A stretch of 64,000 nucleotides of DNA, from positions 79,034 through 143,033 of the forward strand of contig DASCPX010000070.1 in NCBI GenBank assembly GCA_036012755.1, given 5' to 3'. Made by a program: the position numbers and the translations under genes. Shown piece after piece: positions 51,763 through 61,048 of this stretch (positions within the stretch are counted from its first letter, which is position 1; each line of letters starts with the position of its first letter). Below the pieces are notes generated by a model. It made no database searches, was not told the DNA's origin, and worked only from the letters and a program-made list of their open reading frames with translations. Source of the DNA: Myxococcota bacterium. GTDB lineage: Bacteria > Myxococcota_A > UBA796 > CAJQPC01.

Positions 51763-52623
51763 CTATCTCACAGAGGTGTAGACCAACAGACGCGCCGGCT
51801 TGGCGTCCTCGCCGAAGTCGACGCAGACGAGGTCCGGGTGGAGGTAGTCCTCGAAGTCCCAGCCGCTCCGAAGCGCGGATAGGTGTGCATTCGCGGCGAG
51901 TCCGAGGTCGAGGCGGATCTGGTCCACGCCCTGCCAGGCCAGGCTGGCTGTCTCGGGCCGGTGGGACTCGGGCATCCACATGAGCTTGTCACCGCCTCGG
52001 CCTCCAGCGGTGACCCGGCGACCCCAGAGATAGCGCCGGTTCTCGAAGAAGGGATTCCAAGGCAGGCGGTCTCGCCAGTCCACGAGGACCTCGGGCACCT
52101 GCCGAAAGTCACCCGGGCGATCCTCGGCCATCCAGTAGTCCTTGGCCGCAACGATGGCGTCGTCGCGGATGTCCAGGCAGACCGCGACCGGTCGCCAGCC
52201 TTCTGGCCGAGGGGGTGGCTGGTGGCCAGCCAGCGCGAAGACCGCGTCGATCAGCTCGGCATCATCGAGCTCCTCGAAGTACAGCCCGATCCGGTCGAGG
52301 CGGCCGTTGCGGTACTTGAAGGAGGCGGTCGTCTGGACAGCGCCGGGAGGGGACAGGGCCAGAAAGGCTGCTGTGACTCGTAGACCGAGAGTCTCTAGAC
52401 GCTCACGAAAAGCGCTGGGCTCACCCTTGTCATTGAGCGACCAGCGCACCTCGCTGTCGCCGCAGGCGAAGGAGACGTCGAACTTGAAGCGCCGGGCCTC
52501 GCGGCTGGCCACATCCCAGTCGATGAAGCTGGTGTCGGGTACCGAGGCGAGGACGCGCTCGATGGCTTCGCGCGGGACCGGGTGCTCGGGGCGGTGGTCG
52601 GGTCCCCGAGAGCTGGAGGCCAT
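51763..52623 (-). CDS. hypothetical protein (286 aa)
   Basis: Protein-like composition and GC3-rich. Divergent from the tandem kinase-like gene. Family not established. Confidence 0.55.
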   Translation of the reverse strand: MASSSRGPDHRPEHPVPREAIERVLASVPDTSFIDWDVASREARRFKFDVSFACGDSEVRWSLNDKGEPSAFRERLETLGLRVTAAFLALSPPGAVQTTASFKYRNGRLDRIGLYFEELDDAELIDAVFALAGHQPPPRPEGWRPVAVCLDIRDDAIVAAKDYWMAEDRPGDFRQVPEVLVDWRDRLPWNPFFENRRYLWGRRVTAGGRGGDKLMWMPESHRPETASLAWQGVDQIRLDLGLAANAHLSALRSGWDFEDYLHPDLVCVDFGEDAKPARLLVYTSVR

Positions 52624-52675
52624 TGGTCCTCGGCGCGTGGTCTTCCCGACGATAGCGCGGCGGTAGGCTCCGACA

Positions 52676-54313
52676 ATGGCGAAGCCCCCTCACCACCTCG
52701 GACCAGCGGTCCCGGTCGGAAGCCATGCTGGGGTCCAGGTCTTCAGGGTGGAGACAGGCTTCGTCAAGTGCTTCGACGAGCCATCCCGCTGCCGGCGGGA
52801 GCTCGCGGTCCTTCGCGACCCGCCGCCCTGCGTCGTGCCGGATCTCCTCGAGGCAGGCGACGACTGGCTCATGACCGCCGATGTCAGGGCCGGACGCGAC
52901 CCGCGGGTGCGGCGGGTGGAGGCCCTCGTCGAGGCGGCTCGGGTCCTCGCCCGGGTCCACGGCCACCGGGTGTCGGGCAGCCTCCCTGCCGCGGAGCACA
53001 TGCGCAACCTGGACGCGCGGGTTCACAGCGCCGGTGTGCAGGGTGTCTTCTCGGGGTTCATCGGCGTCGGGGACGCCTTCTGTCATCACGATCTGCACGC
53101 CTCGAACTGGATCATGGAAGGGGGGCGACCCGTCGGGTTGCTGGACTGGGCCAGCTCGGGACACGGCGACCCCGAAGAGGATCTCGCCCGCCTGCTGCGC
53201 GGCTCGTCGTCCGATGTCGAAGTCGCCGTGATCGCCGCCTGGGAGAGAGAGGGGCAGCGCGCTCTGGACCGTCGGAGGCTGCGGGCCTACGCGGCGCTGT
53301 TGGCTAGCGAGGAAGGAGGGGTCGCCCCAGCCCTCGAGGGTGCTCCCTTCCACGGTCAGCGCAGGACCGTCCGTTGCGTGGACAAGGAGGAGCACCCCGC
53401 CCTGCGCTGGCTCCCGATCTCGGCACCGGCGATCGAGGTCGCGCTGGAGAGGGAAGGTCTCCGCGACGCCCAGGTGGTCTCCAGCTTCGCCGCTCACGCC
53501 TGCAACGACGTGCTCCGCATTCGCTGGCAGGACCGGGACCTGATCCTGAAGGTCTACAACAAGCCAGTCGAGACCTGGCTCTTCGAGCTCGAACGAGGGC
53601 TCGCCAAGGTACTGGAGCAGACGGCTGCCTGTGTCCCGGCACCGCTCGCGCTCCCAAGTGGCGGACACCTCCTACGCATCGGCCCGCGCCTCGCCGCGGT
53701 CTACCCGGACTGTGGGGACGAGCGTCCCGACCTCTCCGCGGCTTGCTTGAGGCGTCTGGCCATGGCCCAGGCCGCCTTCGTCTCCGCCGAGTCGATGAGC
53801 GTGCCACTTGCGGGCCTGCCTGATCCGGCGGTGGACCGATGGACCGGTGGTGGGCTGTCCGAAGACACTCGCGGGCGCCTGGCGGCCATCCTGGAGCGCA
53901 CTCGGGAAGCCTCCGTGGGTCTACCTGTCTCGACGATCCATGGCTCCTTCCATCGGGATCACACGAGCCTGATGGCGGACGGGCGAGTCGCCATCTTCGA
54001 CCTGGAGAAGGCTCGGCGCGGCCCGAGGATCGTCGACGTCGTGAACACGGCCTACCACCTGGGCTACCGCAACAACGACGAGCGCCTCGAACCACGCCTG
54101 ATGGTCTTCTACCTCTGCGAGGTCCATCGTCACCTGCGGCTCGGTGCCGAGGAGATCGAGCGGATCCCGAACCTGCTGTTGCGTGCCTTCGTTCTGGACC
54201 TGGCGGCTGTCGGGGCCTCGCCGGCGCACCTGTCTTCACACCTGCGGCTCACCTTCGAGTTCGAGGCCAACGTGCACAACATCGCGAGATCGCTCGACCG
54301 CTACCTCGACTGA
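52676..54313 (+). CDS. tandem two-domain aminoglycoside-phosphotransferase-like protein
   Basis: Domain 1 has HHDLHASNWIM plus LLDWASSGHGDPEEDL. Domain 2 has a degenerate FHRDHTSLM plus IFDLE. Confidence 0.75.
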   Translation: MAKPPHHLGPAVPVGSHAGVQVFRVETGFVKCFDEPSRCRRELAVLRDPPPCVVPDLLEAGDDWLMTADVRAGRDPRVRRVEALVEAARVLARVHGHRVSGSLPAAEHMRNLDARVHSAGVQGVFSGFIGVGDAFCHHDLHASNWIMEGGRPVGLLDWASSGHGDPEEDLARLLRGSSSDVEVAVIAAWEREGQRALDRRRLRAYAALLASEEGGVAPALEGAPFHGQRRTVRCVDKEEHPALRWLPISAPAIEVALEREGLRDAQVVSSFAAHACNDVLRIRWQDRDLILKVYNKPVETWLFELERGLAKVLEQTAACVPAPLALPSGGHLLRIGPRLAAVYPDCGDERPDLSAACLRRLAMAQAAFVSAESMSVPLAGLPDPAVDRWTGGGLSEDTRGRLAAILERTREASVGLPVSTIHGSFHRDHTSLMADGRVAIFDLEKARRGPRIVDVVNTAYHLGYRNNDERLEPRLMVFYLCEVHRHLRLGAEEIERIPNLLLRAFVLDLAAVGASPAHLSSHLRLTFEFEANVHNIARSLDRYLD

Positions 54314-54318
54314 GTCGC

Positions 54319-55638
54319 TCAGGTCCCAGAGAACTGCACCCCATCGAAGACCAGGGTCGGCACGCGGTAGCTCGAGTGCTTCCACACGTCGCTGGCGGGC
54401 TCGACGAAGCGGGAGATGAGGTCGATGAGGTTTCCCGTCACGTTCATCTCGCTGAGGTTCTGGGCCCACTCGCCGTGGCGGTAGAGCTGGCCCCGGATGC
54501 CGAAGCTGAAGTCCCCGCTGGCGGGGTTCGAGTTGCCGCCGAGGAAGCTCGTGACTCGGATGCACTCGGGGTAGCTCGCGGCGATCTCCCGCCAGGAGCG
54601 TGGGCCGGGGGCGATGACCACGTTCCCGGCTCGCCCGGTCGTCGGCTCCACGCCGAGCTTGCGGGAGTGGTAGAGGCCGACGTACCAGGTGTTCAACACA
54701 CCCTCTGTGAAGATGGGACGCGCGCGGGCGACGAAGCCGTCTCCGTCGAAGGGCTTCGAGCCGAGGCCACGCGGGATGGTCGGATCGTCGAGGACCGAAA
54801 AGGCGCTGGAGCCGAGCTTGTCTCCGAGCTTGTCGTGCATGCAGCTGCGGCCGTGATGAAGGGAGGTGCCAGAGAGCGGGCTCAACAGGGCGCCGAGGAG
54901 CCGGGGGGCGACCCGGGCGTCCAGCAGCATCGGGCAGACCGTGGAGGCGCAAGCAGAGGTGTCCCGGACGGCCGCGGCGCGGGTCCAGAGGTCCTCTGCC
55001 ACCGCGCTCATGGTCGGCAGGTCGTCGAGGTGGGCGGCGTTGATGAAGCTGTAGGCCTCTGGCAGCTTTCCGCTCGGCTCCTTCAGCGTCACCATGCCGC
55101 CGAAGCCGAAGTGGGTGCGCTCGGAGTGACCCTCGAAGCCGTTGCTGAAGGCGCAGTCGGAGCGATTCCGCATGTCCCACAAGAAAGCCGTGGCGGAGAC
55201 CAGGTCGTCGCCGGCGCCTGCGAGCACGGCCTCCTCCAGCCGGGCGATGCCCCCTCGCCGGATCACGCTGTCTCGCCCGTCGAAGCTGGTCTCGTCAGCG
55301 GCGTCCAGGGAGGCGACGTCCAGGCTGCCCATGCGCTCCCGCGCGGCCATCGCCCGGTCGGGATCGGGCTCCAGGTAGCGGGTCCCGTCGACCGCCCGCT
55401 GGAGGAAGGCCTCGACAGCCTCGGGCCGCAGATCAGAGGTGCTGTGAGAGGAGAAGCGCTCGTCGACCAGGAGGCTCACGGAGAGACCGAGGGTGCTGGC
55501 CTCGTGGACCCGCTCGAGCTTGCCGGCGCGACGCTCCAGCTCGACCTCGCTGCCCGAACGCACGTAGGCCTTGACCTCGTCGGCGCCCAGTCTCCGGGCG
55601 GTCTCGACCGCGTTGTTGGCCGTCTCGATCGGTGTCAT
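54319..55638 (-). CDS. pmbA: PmbA/TldE metalloprotease subunit
   Basis: The N-terminus (…AVETARRLGADEVKAYVRSGSEVELERRAGKLE…) is typical of the TldE family. ATGA overlap with tldD. Confidence 0.85.
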   Translation of the reverse strand: MTPIETANNAVETARRLGADEVKAYVRSGSEVELERRAGKLERVHEASTLGLSVSLLVDERFSSHSTSDLRPEAVEAFLQRAVDGTRYLEPDPDRAMAARERMGSLDVASLDAADETSFDGRDSVIRRGGIARLEEAVLAGAGDDLVSATAFLWDMRNRSDCAFSNGFEGHSERTHFGFGGMVTLKEPSGKLPEAYSFINAAHLDDLPTMSAVAEDLWTRAAAVRDTSACASTVCPMLLDARVAPRLLGALLSPLSGTSLHHGRSCMHDKLGDKLGSSAFSVLDDPTIPRGLGSKPFDGDGFVARARPIFTEGVLNTWYVGLYHSRKLGVEPTTGRAGNVVIAPGPRSWREIAASYPECIRVTSFLGGNSNPASGDFSFGIRGQLYRHGEWAQNLSEMNVTGNLIDLISRFVEPASDVWKHSSYRVPTLVFDGVQFSGT

Positions 55639-57086
55639 CCCTCACCCCCGACGGTCAGCGAGCCCACCCGGACCGTGGGCTGGCCCTGGCTCACGGGCAC
55701 GCCCTGGCCGTCCTTTCCGCAGGTCCAGCCGCCCTCGTCGAGCAGCAGGTCGCCGCCGACCATGTCCACCTGTTCCAGCGCCGCGGGGCCGTTGCCGATG
55801 ATGTTCACGTCCTTGATCGGTCGCGTCAGCTTGCCGTCCTCGATGAGCCAGCCGGTCTTCATGTAGAAGGTGAAGTCGCCCGCTCCGATCTGGACCGCGC
55901 CGTTCTGGAAGGAGGTGCAGTAGATGCCTCGCTTCGTGTTGGCGATGATCTCCTCGGGGGAGTGGGGACCAGGCTCCATGTAGGTCGCCCGCATGCGCGG
56001 GATCGGGTGGTGGCGGAAGCTCTCCCGCCGGCCGGATCCGGTGGGCTGCACCCCGTAGTGGGCGGCGCTGATCTCGTCGTGCATGTAGCCGCGCAGGACA
56101 CCCTCCTCGATGAGCACGGTGCGCTCGGCGAGGTTGCCCTCGTCGTCCACGTTGATGGCGCCCCTGCTGCCCTCGACCGTGCCGTCGTCGACGACCGTGA
56201 CGAAGTCGGGAGCGACCTTCTTGTTCAGGCGAGAGGCATAGATGCTGATGCCCTTGCGGTTGAAATCAGCCTCCAGCCCGTGTCCGATGGCCTCGTGGAG
56301 CAGGATGCCGCTGGCTCCGGCGGCGAGGACGACTGGCATCTCCCCAGCCGGGGGCTTGCCCGCGTCCAGGAGGAAGGTGGTCCGCTCGACGGCCCTTCGA
56401 ACCATGCGATCCTGCCGCTCCAGGTCGTCGAAGTACTCGAGCCCGGCGCGAGCGGCGAGGTTGTAGCTGTTGCTCTCCAGGCGGCCGCCCTCGGCCTCTG
56501 CGGAGCAGACGACCATGGCCCGGCACATGGGCTGGTAGTCCTCTGCCAGGCGTCCGTCCGGGCGCACGATCAGCAGGACCCTCTCTCCGTCGACGAGGTG
56601 GGTCTGGACCTTCTGGATGCGTTCGTCGAGGGCGAAGGCCTGCTCCTCCCAGCGACGCACCATCGGCACGCGCAGGTCCATGCCGACGGCCTCCCAGCGC
56701 CTCTGGACCGGGTAGTAGGAGGGCAGGTCCAACAGCGCGAGGTCCACGGTCTCCCTCGAGCCACCACCGGCAGCGATGGCCGAGGCGGTCTTCGCAGCAG
56801 AGAGCATCGAAGCCAGGCCGAGGTTCTCCGTGTAGGCGTAGCCCACGGCCTCGCCGAAGCGGGCGCGCACTCCGAGGCCGAGGTCCACGTGGGTCGAGGC
56901 CTTGTTGACGGAGCCGTCCGACAGGGAGACCGAGGTGACCACGCTGTGCTCGAAGAAGAGGTCGCAGTCCGTGGCCCCTCCCGAGAGGGCGGCGGCGAGG
57001 ACGTTGTCGAGGACCTCTCGGCTGATGCCGAAGCGCTCGAAGTAGCGTCCACGAGGAGCCCCGTGGACCGTGATGGGCTGACTCAT
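55635..57086 (-). CDS. tldD: TldD metalloprotease
   Basis: HEAIGHGLEADFNRKG zinc-binding motif. 483 aa. Confidence 0.9.
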   Translation of the reverse strand: MSQPITVHGAPRGRYFERFGISREVLDNVLAAALSGGATDCDLFFEHSVVTSVSLSDGSVNKASTHVDLGLGVRARFGEAVGYAYTENLGLASMLSAAKTASAIAAGGGSRETVDLALLDLPSYYPVQRRWEAVGMDLRVPMVRRWEEQAFALDERIQKVQTHLVDGERVLLIVRPDGRLAEDYQPMCRAMVVCSAEAEGGRLESNSYNLAARAGLEYFDDLERQDRMVRRAVERTTFLLDAGKPPAGEMPVVLAAGASGILLHEAIGHGLEADFNRKGISIYASRLNKKVAPDFVTVVDDGTVEGSRGAINVDDEGNLAERTVLIEEGVLRGYMHDEISAAHYGVQPTGSGRRESFRHHPIPRMRATYMEPGPHSPEEIIANTKRGIYCTSFQNGAVQIGAGDFTFYMKTGWLIEDGKLTRPIKDVNIIGNGPAALEQVDMVGGDLLLDEGGWTCGKDGQGVPVSQGQPTVRVGSLTVGGEG

Positions 57087-57095
57087 GGGGTGGGC

Positions 57096-57944
57096 TTAAC
57101 TCCAGACCGCCAGCTCCAGGGCGGTGGCGCTGATGTTCAGGCAGACGTGAGCCACGATGGCGCTCTCGACGCCGCTTCGGCGTGCCAGCCAGCCGAAGAA
57201 GAGGCCGATGAGGAAGATCTGGAGGATCTTCATCCCGGGGGCGGTCGTGTTCGGCGCGTGGAGGATGGCCCAGAACACCGAGGTCAGGACGATGGCGACC
57301 CAGCCGGCTCTCTCGGTGCCGCCGAACCACTTCTCGAGCCAGCGCTGGACCACGCCACGGAAGAGCAGCTCCTCGCCGACCGCCGCGGCGCAGACCGCCG
57401 GCAGCACCACCCCCCACTGGAACCAGCCGGCGTCGCGGTCGAGGTCGGGTGTGAGATCCATGGCGAAGTCGAGGAGCGAGCCGATCTCTATGCCGAGGAG
57501 GTGGAAGGCCAGGGTGCTCAGGATGCCGAAGAGCAAGCCGGCGCCTGCCCCGATGAGCCATCCCGAGGTGGCGTCCGGCAGCCCGTAGAGCTTCGGGAAG
57601 GGGTGGCTCGGCCCCCCTGCTCGAAGCGCCACCGGCACCATGATCCCGTACAGCCCGAGGGTGATGAGCGCGCCGGTGACCACCCCGGTCAGCGCGGCCG
57701 CCGGGTTGTCCTGGTTCGGCAGGAAGGGGATCAGCTCGCTGATGTCCGTGTACAGCGCCCCGACCACCCGGTTCGGGAGGTCGAGCAGCACCATCCCCCC
57801 GGCGATGACGAGGCCCTTCTTGAAGTTCGCCGTGGTGTGGGTCCAGGACCGCGCGGCGGCGATGAAGACAGCCAGCATGGCGCCGCCCTGCAGCGCGGCC
57901 CCGAAGAAGGTCAGGAGCAGGACGGGGATCGAGACGTTGTCCAT
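57096..57944 (-). CDS. CPBP-family (CAAX-type) intramembrane glutamic endopeptidase
   Basis: EELLFRGVVQ and FWAILH motifs with multiple TM segments. The start is taken as ATG 57944 (MDNVSIPVLLL). Upstream alternatives at 57968 and 58019 would overlap the divergent gene. Confidence 0.8.
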   Translation of the reverse strand: MDNVSIPVLLLTFFGAALQGGAMLAVFIAAARSWTHTTANFKKGLVIAGGMVLLDLPNRVVGALYTDISELIPFLPNQDNPAAALTGVVTGALITLGLYGIMVPVALRAGGPSHPFPKLYGLPDATSGWLIGAGAGLLFGILSTLAFHLLGIEIGSLLDFAMDLTPDLDRDAGWFQWGVVLPAVCAAAVGEELLFRGVVQRWLEKWFGGTERAGWVAIVLTSVFWAILHAPNTTAPGMKILQIFLIGLFFGWLARRSGVESAIVAHVCLNISATALELAVWS

Positions 57945-57966
57945 CGCGCGCAGGTTAGCGGAGGGC

Positions 57967-58512
57967 ATGGCGTGGATTCGGACCGTTGGCGACGACGAGG
58001 CCCTCGGCAGCCTCGCCAAGCACTACCGAGGCGCGCTCAGGCGCGCCGGGCGGGTCTTCGGGATCGTGCGGCTCCACAGCCTGGACCCCCGGCTGCTCGG
58101 GGCCTCGATGCGGCTCTACCACGCCACGACCACCGACGAGGACCTCCCCCTGACCCGCGCGCAGCGAGAGCTGATCGCGGTCGTGACGTCGAAGGCCAAC
58201 GACTGCTTCTACTGAACGGAGGCGCACGGAGAGGATCTCCGTGGTGCTGGCTTCCCGGACTCCCTCGTCGATCACATCGTGCGCGACTGGAAGAGCGCCG
58301 AACTCTCCAGCGTGGATCGGGCTCTGTGCGAGTACGCCGAGAAGCTGACGCTGTCACCCTCCGAGATGAAGCGCGCGGACGTCGACGCCCTGAGGGCAGT
58401 CGGGCTGACCGACGAGCAGATCCTCAACGCCGCCGCCACCTGCAGCTACTTCAACTTCATCAACCGGATGGCGGACGGGCTCGGGGTGGATCTGGAGCCC
58501 GAGATGAGGTGA
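57967..58512 (+). CDS. AhpD-like 'peroxidase-related' (carboxymuconolactone decarboxylase family) protein with in-frame TGA at 58213-58215: candidate selenoprotein (CxxU), or a nonsense-disrupted gene
   Basis: MAWIRTVGDDEALG…VTSKANDCFY-TGA-TEAHGEDL…YFNFINRMADGLGV. The two track ORFs (57640..58215 and 58279..58512) are in the same frame with no other stop between them. The TGA replaces the second Cys of the family motif NxCxYCxxxH. Confidence 0.7.
58222..58247 (+). promoter_or_regulatory. SECIS-like hairpin downstream of the in-frame TGA
   Basis: Core stem CACGGAG/CTCCGTG (58225-58231 paired with 58237-58243) with loop AGGAU. It can be extended by G-C, C-G and G-U pairs with one bulged G. The loop begins 19 nt downstream of the U of UGA. 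Confidence 0.55.
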
Positions 58513-59992
58513 GCTGCCGCCCGCAGAGGGTGGCCAGGGCCAGGATGCTGGTCTGGGGGTTCACGCCGGTGTTGCTCGGGAACACACTGGAGTCCGCCAC
58601 GTAGAGACCCTCGATGTGGTGGTGGCGGAAGTCCGGGCGCACCACCGAGGTGGCCGGATCGCTGCCCATGCGGCAGGTGCCGAAGAGGTGGGTGACGGCC
58701 ATGGAGTAGTGCGTGCCGAGCAGGGGGCCGTCGTCTTCGAAGGCGCGCATCTGCTCTGCCCCGGTGACCACCGACGGCATGCCGAAGACCCCGGGCTCGA
58801 CCTGCTCCGCGCCTGCCGCGAAGAGCAGCTCTCCGAGGACCCGCACCCCCCGACGCACCTTGAACAGGTCCCCACGACCCAGGTCGAAGCGAACCACCGG
58901 ACGGCCCCGGCGCAGGACGACCCGGCCCTCGCTCTCGGCGCGGACCGCGCAGCCCCAGTGGGCTGCCTCGTGCATCCGCTCCAGCTCACGGGCGAAGTCG
59001 ACGCCGAAGCCTCTCAGGCGAGCGGCGAGGATGGTCAGGTCGTAGCCAAGGGCCTCGAACTTCAGGCCCTCTCCCCTCAGCCCGGTGACCTCGTGGCCCT
59101 GGGTCGCGCCGGTCCACATGCGCACGGGCTCGCCGAAGCGTCCGGCGACGGCCACACCCGGATGACACTGGAAGTGCCGGCCCACGGGGCCCTGCCGGAT
59201 GCCCGAGGCCAGGAGCAGGGCAGGGGACTGCACCGCGCTGGCGGCGAGCACGACCGCGTGGGTGGCCCGCACCGAGACCCGGGCTCCTCCTTCGGCGCGT
59301 CCCGTGACACCGACGGCGCGACCTTGGGCTGTCTCGATCCGCTCCACGCGCACGCTGGCGGCGACGCGCGCCCCTCGCTCGCAGGCCTCTGGTAGCCAGG
59401 TTCGCTCCAGGCTCTGCTTGGCGCCGACGGGGCAGCCCTGCAAGCAGCGCCCAAGGCCCTCGCAGTCCCGCACGTTTCGGCGAATGGGTCGGTGAGCCAG
59501 CCCCAGCGCCTCCGCGCCACGGGCGAGCAGGGTGTTGTTGCGCCCGGCCACGGCCGGATCCGTCGGCGTGATGTGGAGGCCGGCTTCGACCTCGTCCGTG
59601 GCGGCCTCGATCCACTCCCAGGGCAGGGCCTCGGCCAGCGCCGGATCTTCGCGACGCCAGCCGTCGAAGACGTCCTCTGGGAGCCGCCAGCTGATGGCCC
59701 CGTTGACGACGGAGGTACCTCCGACGGCTCTGCCCTGGAGCAGCGCCATGGCCGGCTTCCCCCGCGTCACGCCGACGCCCATGTCCCGGTACAGGCTGCT
59801 CATGGCTCCGAAGCTGTCGCTCGAGGTCTCCGCCGGCTGCGGCATCGGGCCCTCCTCCAGCACCAGCACGTCGGCCCCCGCTGACGCCGCCGCTCGGGCC
59901 ACCGCTGCACCGGCCGGACCGCTGCCGATGATCACGACCTCGGCCTCCAGGCGCTCGTCGCCGCGCCAGCCTCGGCCGTCCAGCAGCTTCAC
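58460..59992 (-). CDS. GMC-family FAD oxidoreductase
   Basis: GTG 59992 (GTGA overlap). The FAD motif VVIIGSGPAGAAVA…VLVLEEG. C-terminal …LYVADSSVFPSNTGVNPQ. The 3' end overlaps the convergent AhpD-like gene by 53 nt. Confidence 0.85.
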   Translation of the reverse strand: MKLLDGRGWRGDERLEAEVVIIGSGPAGAAVARAAASAGADVLVLEEGPMPQPAETSSDSFGAMSSLYRDMGVGVTRGKPAMALLQGRAVGGTSVVNGAISWRLPEDVFDGWRREDPALAEALPWEWIEAATDEVEAGLHITPTDPAVAGRNNTLLARGAEALGLAHRPIRRNVRDCEGLGRCLQGCPVGAKQSLERTWLPEACERGARVAASVRVERIETAQGRAVGVTGRAEGGARVSVRATHAVVLAASAVQSPALLLASGIRQGPVGRHFQCHPGVAVAGRFGEPVRMWTGATQGHEVTGLRGEGLKFEALGYDLTILAARLRGFGVDFARELERMHEAAHWGCAVRAESEGRVVLRRGRPVVRFDLGRGDLFKVRRGVRVLGELLFAAGAEQVEPGVFGMPSVVTGAEQMRAFEDDGPLLGTHYSMAVTHLFGTCRMGSDPATSVVRPDFRHHHIEGLYVADSSVFPSNTGVNPQTSILALATLCGRQLTSSRAPDPPRARPPSG

Positions 59993-60357
59993 CGAGCCTC
60001 CGCGGCCCGTCGGACGTCCGGTCGTTGGAAGTGGGCGAAGCAGAGGACCAGCTTCAGGACCAGCGCCACCTGCCTCAGGGGGTACAGCGCCGAGTCCCCG
60101 AGAGCCTGCACCAGCTCCGCGCGCTGCGGTGGACTGAGCGAGCCCAGGCAGCGCCCCCGAGCGAGCGCCGAGGCCCAGACCACCCAGACCGCAGCTCGCA
60201 GACCCCAGCGCAACAGCGGCGGCGCGTGAGACTCGAGCTCTGGCCAGAAGAGCTCGACCGCGGCTGGCTCGAAGCCCGGCTGGCCTGGCAGCGGCGGGAG
60301 CATCGCGCTCAGGATCTGGTCGCGGGCCCGGCGCTCGGGCGAGGTCCAGGTCTTCAA
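59989..60357 (-). CDS. small hypothetical protein coupled to the GMC oxidoreductase
   Basis: 122 aa. Start and stop overlap both neighbours. One hydrophobic helix (LRAAVWVVWASALA). Confidence 0.55.
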   Translation of the reverse strand: MKTWTSPERRARDQILSAMLPPLPGQPGFEPAAVELFWPELESHAPPLLRWGLRAAVWVVWASALARGRCLGSLSPPQRAELVQALGDSALYPLRQVALVLKLVLCFAHFQRPDVRRAAEAR

Positions 60358-61040
60358 GCGAGGCGGGCCAGCGTGAGGGCGTCCAGCGCCTCGAGGGTGG
60401 TCGACACGACCCCGCGGGCCTGCTCCGGATCACCGGCTCGAAGCAGCGCCACCACCGCCGGGTAGCTGGCCGCGACGGCCGCGCGGTCGGTGTGCATCGC
60501 GGCCGCCAGCTCGGGGTGGACGGCGTAGGTGCGCATGACCGTGTTGAAGAGCAGGACCAGGGCCGGGTTTCCGGCGGCGCGGACCACGCGCTGGGAGAAG
60601 GCGATGTCGCGGGCGGCGAAGGCCTCTGCGTCGAGTTCGGCGGCGCCGACCTCGGCCTGCTGGGCGCGGGCCATGACCTCGAGGTCCTCGATGTCACCGT
60701 CGGAGGCTCGCTCGCAGGCCCGGGCCACGGCCTCTGCGGCGACACAGCGGCGCAGCTCGAGGAAACCCGCAGCCAGGGCACGATCGGGCTGCGCGAGCAG
60801 GTGCGGCAGCAGGTCGAAGCCGCCCGTCTCACGCCAGCTCCGGACCCTGTAGCCCGAGCCCTGGCGAGCGCTCAGCAGGCCAGCAGCGCAGAGCTGCGCC
60901 AGCGCCGCTCGCAAGGTCGGGCGACTGACGCCCATCGACTCCGCCAACCGCCGCTCTGCGGGCAGCACGCTCCCTACGGTCCACTCGCCCGCGATGACCC
61001 GGCGGGTCAACGCCTCTGCCGCTTGCTCGGTCCTCGTCAT
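60354..61040 (-). CDS. GntR-family transcriptional regulator (FadR/FCD subfamily)
   Basis: The wHTH region is LPAERRLAESMGVSRPTLRAALAQLCAAGLLSARQGSGYRV, followed by an all-helical FCD-like C-terminal domain. Confidence 0.9.
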   Translation of the reverse strand: MTRTEQAAEALTRRVIAGEWTVGSVLPAERRLAESMGVSRPTLRAALAQLCAAGLLSARQGSGYRVRSWRETGGFDLLPHLLAQPDRALAAGFLELRRCVAAEAVARACERASDGDIEDLEVMARAQQAEVGAAELDAEAFAARDIAFSQRVVRAAGNPALVLLFNTVMRTYAVHPELAAAMHTDRAAVAASYPAVVALLRAGDPEQARGVVSTTLEALDALTLARLA

Positions 61041-61048
61041 CTTCCTCG

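Noticed and set aside
51763-52623. ABBA-type aromatic prenyltransferase assignment for the 286-aa protein
   Set aside because: The idea rested only on a vague impression of repeated beta-strand/K.Y-like patterns. I cannot point to a diagnostic motif, so the gene is left as hypothetical.
55632-58604. 990-aa plus-strand ORF, the longest on that strand in the region
   Set aside because: It runs antisense across tldD, the CPBP protease gene and part of other well-supported genes. Its composition is dominated by Arg/Gly/Ala/Asp/Val with no motifs, which is typical of a high-GC shadow ORF. Only its frame-independent neighbour 57967-58512 is real.
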